A DNA stretch of 36,770 bases from a virus. Below, piece after piece: positions 32,083-36,770 of this stretch; within the stretch, counting starts at the first letter, position 1; every line of letters begins with the position of its first letter. The notes under the pieces are model-generated. The model searched no databases and had not been told where the DNA came from. It was given only the letters and a program-made list of their open reading frames with translations. The stretch lies in IMG/VR virus record IMGVR_UViG_3300009481_000003. One strand, written 5' to 3'. Made by a program: the position numbers and the translations under genes.

Positions 32083-32422
32083 TAAAACAGGCTTATATAC
32101 ATATAACGCAATTATAGAGAGCGTTTATGATGGAGACACAGTGACCGCATCAATAGATTTAGGTATGGGCGTTTGGAAGCGTGGCGAAAAGCTAAGGTTA
32201 GCGCATATAGACGCTCCCGAGGTCAAAGGATTAACTCGTGAGCAAGGCTTGGTATCAAGAGACTGGTTGCGCGGGGAAGTGCAGGGCAAACAAGTTATTA
32301 TCAAGACGATAAAGGACAAAAAAGGCAAGTATGGACGCTATTTAGCTGAGCTCTGGCTGGATGGATCTAATATTAATGATCGACTGGTTAAAAACGGATT
32401 TGCAATTTATAAAGATTATTAA
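32075..32422 (+). CDS. Staphylococcal-nuclease (SNase/thermonuclease)-like nuclease
   Basis: VYDGDTVTASIDLG...LRLAHIDAPEV...GKYGRYLAELWLDGSNINDRLVKNGFA are the SNase-fold motifs. Confidence 0.75.
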   Translation: MINKTGLYTYNAIIESVYDGDTVTASIDLGMGVWKRGEKLRLAHIDAPEVKGLTREQGLVSRDWLRGEVQGKQVIIKTIKDKKGKYGRYLAELWLDGSNINDRLVKNGFAIYKDY

Positions 32423-32482
32423 TTATTTTTATCATAACAAATGCAGGATCAAGTCAATTATAAATAATAATTCATAAATAAC

Positions 32483-32510
32483 TTGACAGCGTCTATGTGT
32501 ATGCTACAAT
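32483..32510 (+). promoter_or_regulatory. Strong sigma70 promoter TTGACA-N16-(TGc)TACAAT, cassette A
   Basis: ATAACTTGACAGCGTCTATGTGTATGCTACAATGTA. Near-identical module at 33428..33455. Confidence 0.7.
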
Positions 32511-32552
32511 GTAATTGAGTTTTAAAAAACTCTCTTAATTTTAAACTAGATA

Positions 32553-32570
32553 TGCACCCGTTGGGATGCA
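32553..32570 (+). promoter_or_regulatory. Conserved leader hairpin, cassette A
   Basis: TGCA-C-CC GTTG GG-A-TGCA, 1 nt after ACTAGAT and 13 nt before the ATG at 32584. Confidence 0.5.
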
Positions 32571-32583
32571 AAGCGAGATAAAA

Positions 32584-33420
32584 ATGTACAAATCAATCAC
32601 TGACATCGTAAAAATAGCTAGAGCCCACGGTCAAAACGGCGCACAAGCAAAGCGCACAAGGCAAGCAAGAGACCAGCGAAGAGCCGCAAACCTCACACCT
32701 TGTCTAAAGAGAAAAATCGACTTAGGGCCAGAAGCGGGAGCAAAAGCTTTTGATTACGCTACAGATCTATATCCGCGCCGAAAAAACTTTGAAGCACCAG
32801 AGTCTGTATCATCAAGGTGCGCTTTTGTTGTAGTCCGCAAAGATAGCTACAGCACCTACATCGGTAATTGTAGATATCAACGACACAGTTACCCTATTTT
32901 AGTTAGCTCTAATTTCGCCCACACAAAAACACAATGTTTTTGGTTCTGCGGTGAATCAAGCGGCAAGATAAAAGCCCCACGCGGCTATGAATGGAGTCAT
33001 GACAATCTAGGGCTTAAGCTGATTGCAAAATCTGACGGAGTAGACTATCACCCCAACAGCGACGACTTAGCATCGGGCGCACGTCATATAGCCCGATTGA
33101 TCCGGGACAAGCGCGAAACCATAAAAATCGAAAATCGGAAAATAAAAGCTAAGGCAAAATATGAAAAAGGCGCGTATTTATGCATGCAAGATAGCCTCAA
33201 TGTAGGCAACTGTCGGGTAGGAACTGTAGGCTTTGCCAAACAAAATAAGCTATCAATTAAAAAACATTATCCTGTCAAATTAATGCGCAAATTGCTTGAA
33301 AAGCTTAGCAGCACTGAAGAAAGATGTGCTTTAGAACGTGCGATTAATTACGCGACAAGTCGCCACAAATACGAGGTCGAAAGCGCTAAATTTTGCAAAT
33401 TAAGCCATCATTACGGTTAA
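32584..33420 (+). CDS. Hypothetical protein (278 aa), basic N-terminus, Cys-containing C-terminal region
   Basis: Start placed at ATG 32584 (MYKSITDIV) by homology of the leader with cassette B. The track start 32566 lies inside the hairpin. I recognise no family. Confidence 0.55.
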   Translation: MYKSITDIVKIARAHGQNGAQAKRTRQARDQRRAANLTPCLKRKIDLGPEAGAKAFDYATDLYPRRKNFEAPESVSSRCAFVVVRKDSYSTYIGNCRYQRHSYPILVSSNFAHTKTQCFWFCGESSGKIKAPRGYEWSHDNLGLKLIAKSDGVDYHPNSDDLASGARHIARLIRDKRETIKIENRKIKAKAKYEKGAYLCMQDSLNVGNCRVGTVGFAKQNKLSIKKHYPVKLMRKLLEKLSSTEERCALERAINYATSRHKYEVESAKFCKLSHHYG

Positions 33421-33427
33421 ATATAAC

Positions 33428-33455
33428 TTGACAGATTCTAAATGTATGCTATAAT
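33428..33455 (+). promoter_or_regulatory. Strong sigma70 promoter TTGACA-N16-(TGc)TATAAT, cassette B
   Basis: ATAACTTGACAGATTCTAAATGTATGCTATAATGTA. Confidence 0.7.
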
Positions 33456-33501
33456 GTATGTAAGTTAAATAAATAACTTGCATACATTAATCAACTAGAT
33501 C

Positions 33502-33519
33502 AGCGACCACTGGGACGCT
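33502..33519 (+). promoter_or_regulatory. Conserved leader hairpin, cassette B
   Basis: AGCG-A-CC ACTG GG-A-CGCT, 1 nt after ACTAGAT and 17 nt before the ATG at 33537. Confidence 0.5.
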
Positions 33520-33536
33520 AAAAAGAGGTAAATAAA

Positions 33537-33959
33537 ATGGCAACATACACGATCAAACATACTTGTGGCCACGTCGTACACCATAATCTAACAGGTAAAA
33601 TTGACGGACGAACTAAAAGAGCTGATTATCTAACCAAAAAAATTTGTATCGATTGTTACAAAGCCAAAAAAACCGCAGACGCAAAAGCCAAGAATGAAAA
33701 AAACAACCTGCCAAATCTGACAGGATCGCCGAAACAAATAGCATGGGCTGAGAGCATACGCGCTAACGTAGCTATAGATGCTAACGAGCTGAAGGGTATG
33801 TGCGACACTCACATAGACACTATGGATAAAACAGTAAGGACTAAAGTTTTATCACTAATAAATGATCTTATGGCTAACGATAGTGCCACATTTTGGATAA
33901 ACAGCAGATATGAATCTCTTGGCACAGAGAACTGGCTCAAAAAAGAACTTTCAAAATAA
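33537..33959 (+). CDS. Hypothetical protein with Cys/His-rich N-terminus and LPNLTGSPKQIAWAESIR motif
   Basis: 140 aa, SD AGAGG. HTCGHVVHH...CIDC suggests metal binding. No family named. Confidence 0.6.
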   Translation: MATYTIKHTCGHVVHHNLTGKIDGRTKRADYLTKKICIDCYKAKKTADAKAKNEKNNLPNLTGSPKQIAWAESIRANVAIDANELKGMCDTHIDTMDKTVRTKVLSLINDLMANDSATFWINSRYESLGTENWLKKELSK

Positions 33960-34000
33960 CCCGATAAAGCCAGGGACGGCTCCTACAGGACTAATACATC

Positions 34001-34423
34001 ATGGCACAAACACAAAAAACCATTAGATTCAACAAACTATCAGATGAAATTATCCGTGCCATCTGCCCCAACGACGAGGTTAACTATAATTTTGCGGTTA
34101 ACCAGTTAATTTTAAGATATAAAGTGATGTGCTTAGAATTAATGAAAGGCCATTTTTCTGAGGATGAAATTAGCGCTTTAGCCAAAGCTTATGAAGGATA
34201 CAATTTTAATTCGGACATCGAACTTGAAGCCAAAGCTTTTAATTATAACGTCTCTAAATCATCACTACATGACGACATCAGTAATCAAAAGACTGAGGCT
34301 TTTTTGGAGAAATGCGGCGCAATGTCAACCCCTCAGATTATCGCGACATTCCATGCTATACATTGTTTTTTAACCCCACCTGAAGCAGAGAGTAATGGCA
34401 ATAATAAAGAGGTATCAAAATGA
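34001..34423 (+). CDS. Hypothetical protein
   Basis: 140 aa ORF, co-oriented, with ATGA coupling to the next gene. Confidence 0.5.
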   Translation: MAQTQKTIRFNKLSDEIIRAICPNDEVNYNFAVNQLILRYKVMCLELMKGHFSEDEISALAKAYEGYNFNSDIELEAKAFNYNVSKSSLHDDISNQKTEAFLEKCGAMSTPQIIATFHAIHCFLTPPEAESNGNNKEVSK

Positions 34424-34704
34424 GCATTAATAGAAAAGTGAAAGAAACCAATTATGAAGATGTGTTAGATAATGTTCTATCGAAAAAATTACCGAATAGA
34501 ACCTCCCCCGCAGGGTGCAGAGTTAGTGGTTTAACTGCTTATGGCCCTGTCTTTTCAAAAGGCACATGGACTGAAAATCATAAGTCAGCTCTAAATTGGT
34601 GCAAAGAAAATAACGCCAAAAACAAAAGCTGGGTTTTTAAAGTCAGTCAAAATCATCGTTGCGAAGAAGCAGGAGTGATAGGTTCTTTTTGTGGCCGACC
34701 ATAA
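34420..34704 (+). CDS. Hypothetical protein
   Basis: 94 aa, ATGA overlap with the upstream gene. Confidence 0.5.
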   Translation: MSINRKVKETNYEDVLDNVLSKKLPNRTSPAGCRVSGLTAYGPVFSKGTWTENHKSALNWCKENNAKNKSWVFKVSQNHRCEEAGVIGSFCGRP

Positions 34705-34762
34705 AAAGTTAGTTTAATCTCAAAGCGAAATTAGGCGACAACTTTAAATTGAGGAATAAATT

Positions 34763-35023
34763 ATGAACAATAAATGGGATATTGAAGAGCTTGCTTACAG
34801 AGCGATCGGAAAGACTGACGAAGAAGCTGAAAAAGAAATAAATAACGGAGATATTGAACAAGCAGTTTACGATAAATACGAATGTAGCTTTGAAACATAC
34901 TGCTCCATTGTTAATGACCTACTCAAGTTCACCCCGCTTGTTAGCAGCCCTTTAACGGGCAAAAATTATCATGCTTTTGTTGATACTGAACAACATAGAG
35001 TAATAGTTAAGTTAGATGTATAA
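34763..35023 (+). CDS. Hypothetical acidic protein
   Basis: 86 aa, SD GAGGA 8 nt upstream. Confidence 0.5.
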   Translation: MNNKWDIEELAYRAIGKTDEEAEKEINNGDIEQAVYDKYECSFETYCSIVNDLLKFTPLVSSPLTGKNYHAFVDTEQHRVIVKLDV

Positions 35024-35044
35024 CAAGGCAAATTCAGCGGATAT

Positions 35045-35242
35045 ATGAAAAAAAGTGACATTGTCATGACCCCTGATTGGGTGGCAAAAATGATGCTGGA
35101 GGTTGTGGAGTATGGCGGCGTAAAAGAAATGCTGGTGGTAGCGCCGGGATCAAGGCTTAAGTTCTCCATCGGGTTTTGCATTGCTGCTGTTCATTTTGAG
35201 CGTGGTTATGAGGGCCCAATGAAGATTGGATTTTCAACATAA
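35045..35242 (+). CDS. Hypothetical 65-aa protein; N-terminus faintly resembles the start of an adenine DNA methyltransferase (possible gene remnant)
   Basis: DIVMTPDWVAKMML...MLVVAPGSRLKF vs the usual ..TP..iv..M... vlePs.G.G.F layout. The match is degenerate and truncated. Confidence 0.3.
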   Translation: MKKSDIVMTPDWVAKMMLEVVEYGGVKEMLVVAPGSRLKFSIGFCIAAVHFERGYEGPMKIGFST

Positions 35243-35278
35243 CGCTGAAGGTAACTATATGAAATGCATAAGGTTATT

Positions 35279-35299
35279 TTGGCGGAAAATTTTCGCCAA
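35279..35299. terminator. Palindromic hairpin at the convergence point of the two arms (possible bidirectional 3'-end element)
   Basis: TTGGCG(G)AAAATTTTCGCCAA. There is no U-tract on either strand after the stem, so this is not a classic intrinsic terminator. Confidence 0.3.
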
Positions 35300-35326
35300 C
35301 CTATGCAGATAAAATGTTTAGTTAAT

Positions 35327-35812
35327 CTAAGTCACGACAATGCGCGGGCTATCTGATAATTCTAGCGACAATCGAGGGTCGATCATATCAAGCCGCACAT
35401 AAAAAATTCCTTTTTCAGAAATCGAAAAAGACAGAGCGCCCGCGCCATTTGTTAGCGATAAAGTCAAAAACTTGGATTGTTTGCCATCGCTGGCGCGAAT
35501 TACTGGCACAGTGTAAGTATTATTAATTGATAAATTAGGGCCTCCATTCGGGAGACTATATAATACAGCGGCGTTTATTATTTCGCCTACTGCCGCTGCG
35601 CTCTTGTCAAGAGATATTGTAAAACCATCCCGCGCTGAAGCCCGCTGATTTGGGGGCGTAAATACCGCGCCATCATACGACCAGCCGATTTCTGCGGTGT
35701 CATTTTGTACAGCAATATAGCCTCTGCTACTTGCTATCCTCGTCGCCATCGCATCATTTCTAGCATCTATTTTATTTATTACAAGGCCGTCATTTATTAT
35801 TAAATAATTCAT
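35327..35812 (-). CDS. Hypothetical fibre-module protein (last gene of the late operon)
   Basis: 161 aa. The N-terminal INDGLVINKI...IGWSYDGAVFTPP motif is common in fibre-associated phage proteins. Confidence 0.5.
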   Translation of the reverse strand: MNYLIINDGLVINKIDARNDAMATRIASSRGYIAVQNDTAEIGWSYDGAVFTPPNQRASARDGFTISLDKSAAAVGEIINAAVLYSLPNGGPNLSINNTYTVPVIRASDGKQSKFLTLSLTNGAGALSFSISEKGIFYVRLDMIDPRLSLELSDSPRIVVT

Positions 35813-35818
35813 TGTTTT

Positions 35819-36625
35819 TTATTCCCACCACACTATTTTGCAATAACCGCTTCCGCCCGCGCCGCCTGTTTTGGTCGTCGAATTGGATTCTCCCGCGCCG
35901 CCGCCCCCGCCGCCCGTATTAGCTGCAGCATCATCAGCATTTGCTTCATATGATCCATTCCCGCCGCCGTGTGATCCGAGGCCTATTCCCACAAGATTTC
36001 CAGAGCACCCCCCGCCGCCCCCGCCGCCATATCCATCAACCCCTGCACCACCATTTCCTCCCGAACCCGTGGCCGCAGTTGTTGCAAGTCCGCCCGCGCC
36101 GCCCGATTGCGCGGACTGCAAATAGCTGCTAAATCTCTGTGATGTTGCTGATGAAGTAGCATTACCCCCGTTGCCACGAGCTCCCCCGCCGCCGCCTGCG
36201 GCTAAGTAATTGTTAGCACCTGATTTTACGCCGCATCCTCCGCTTGTGCCTGCATTTGTTAAATTTTGCGTTTGAAGCGCCAAACCACCACCGCCGCCCC
36301 GCGCAGTTAACGATCCTCCGCCGGTTATCGTGGAGTCCCCGCCATTCGCACCTGCTGCGCCATCTGTCGCTCCGCCACTTCCGCCCGCGCCTATGGTTAT
36401 TGTCAGGTCGTCAGTAATCGGTATGATCCCGTCTTGTATGCACCCGCCACCGCCACCGCCACCGCAGCTATAAAGGCTGGTCGTATCTGATGCACCGCCG
36501 CCGCCACCGCCGCCTACCAAAAATGCTTGGACTGCAAGCACATTTTGAGGCCGGATCCAAGTTCCTGAGCTCGTAAATATTTGAGCTCTAGGCCGCTTGC
36601 CTGGGTCATTTGTTGCTGCGCCCAT
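35819..36625 (-). CDS. Glycine-rich domain protein (phage fibre/host-recognition associated)
   Basis: IFTSSGTWIRPQNVLAVQAFLVGGGGGGG... has multiple G5-G7 tracts and ends GGAGGSGYCKIVWW, the typical glycine-rich-domain layout. Confidence 0.65.
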   Translation of the reverse strand: MGAATNDPGKRPRAQIFTSSGTWIRPQNVLAVQAFLVGGGGGGGASDTTSLYSCGGGGGGGCIQDGIIPITDDLTITIGAGGSGGATDGAAGANGGDSTITGGGSLTARGGGGGLALQTQNLTNAGTSGGCGVKSGANNYLAAGGGGGARGNGGNATSSATSQRFSSYLQSAQSGGAGGLATTAATGSGGNGGAGVDGYGGGGGGGCSGNLVGIGLGSHGGGNGSYEANADDAAANTGGGGGGAGESNSTTKTGGAGGSGYCKIVWWE

Positions 36626-36770
36626 TTATATAGTGCTCCGTATCTCGCCCCAGACATTAACAGCAACGCCAGTAGCGGACGCTTGAGCAACAACATTGTC
36701 ATCACTATCCAATACTAAGCCCGAGAATTGCACGAAGCTATTAGCTGCTAGCTCGTAATCATAGATTAAA
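36626..36770 (-). CDS. C-terminal part of the junction-spanning 104-aa ORF (see 1..293)
   Basis: The same frame as 1..293 carried through the repeat: ...AVNVWGEIRSTI, stop TAA 36626..36628. Confidence 0.6.
   Translation of the reverse strand, partial: LIYDYELAANSFVQFSGLVLDSDDNVVAQASATGVAVNVWGEIRSTI
36648..36770. repeat. Terminal direct repeat, copy 2 (identical to 1..123)
   Basis: See copy 1. Confidence 0.9.

Larger units (their letters stand above)
1..36647. mobile_element. Complete tailed-phage genome (contractile tail, HK97-type head), one unit length
   Basis: Packaging, head, neck, tail, baseplate, fibre, lysis, replication and recombination modules are all present. The window ends are a 123-bp exact overlap, so unit length = 36647 bp. 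Confidence 0.85.

Noticed and set aside
32566-32583. Track start codon ATG 32566 for the cassette A protein
   Set aside because: It lies inside the 3' arm of the conserved leader hairpin. Leader homology with cassette B extends to ATG 32584, which is preceded by the corresponding purine-rich block.
35871-36177. Proline-rich plus-strand ORFs (84 and 63 aa) and a 64-aa minus-strand ORF overlapping the Gly-rich gene
   Set aside because: They are mirror or off-frame readings of GGN-rich codons (CCN on the opposite strand). They have no SD and are fully contained in a better-supported gene.

Overview
The window holds one complete, circularly closed tailed-phage genome (unit length 36,647 bp) plus a 123-bp assembly overlap. 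Bases 1..123 are identical to 36648..36770, and an ORF reads straight through the junction. Two divergent arms start from a lambda-like switch region at about 27150..27310. The leftward arm (minus strand) carries, in order: a small HTH regulator; a Cys-rich protein; an O-like replication initiator with an internal iteron plus AT-rich origin; a P-like protein; a DUF1064 nuclease; an M15 endolysin; two TM mini-ORFs; a phage-21-type Q antiterminator; a promoter/terminator late control unit; HNH; and a Lar-like protein. It continues with a repeat-dense cos/pac-type region, TerS/TerL and an HK97-type portal, ClpP-like protease and capsid. Then comes an unusual ~4 kb block of uncharacterised genes (a LamG-like protein with 12 x ~20-aa repeats, beta-rich small proteins, a spanin-like pair). 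After that come neck genes, a Mu/P2-type contractile tail and baseplate, and a fibre module that wraps across the window ends. The rightward arm (plus strand, visibly AT-rich) carries small early genes, an untracked CII-like HTH ORF, a lambda Bet homologue, a YqaJ/Exo-like nuclease with a long C-terminal extension, DUF3310, SSB and an SNase-like nuclease. It ends with two moron-like cassettes that share a duplicated consensus promoter and a structured leader. Many gene junctions are ATGA start/stop overlaps, which suggests translational coupling. I recognise no integrase, transposase, CI-size repressor, tRNA, CRISPR array or reverse transcriptase. All functional calls rest on my recognition of protein motifs and gene order; no database search was run.
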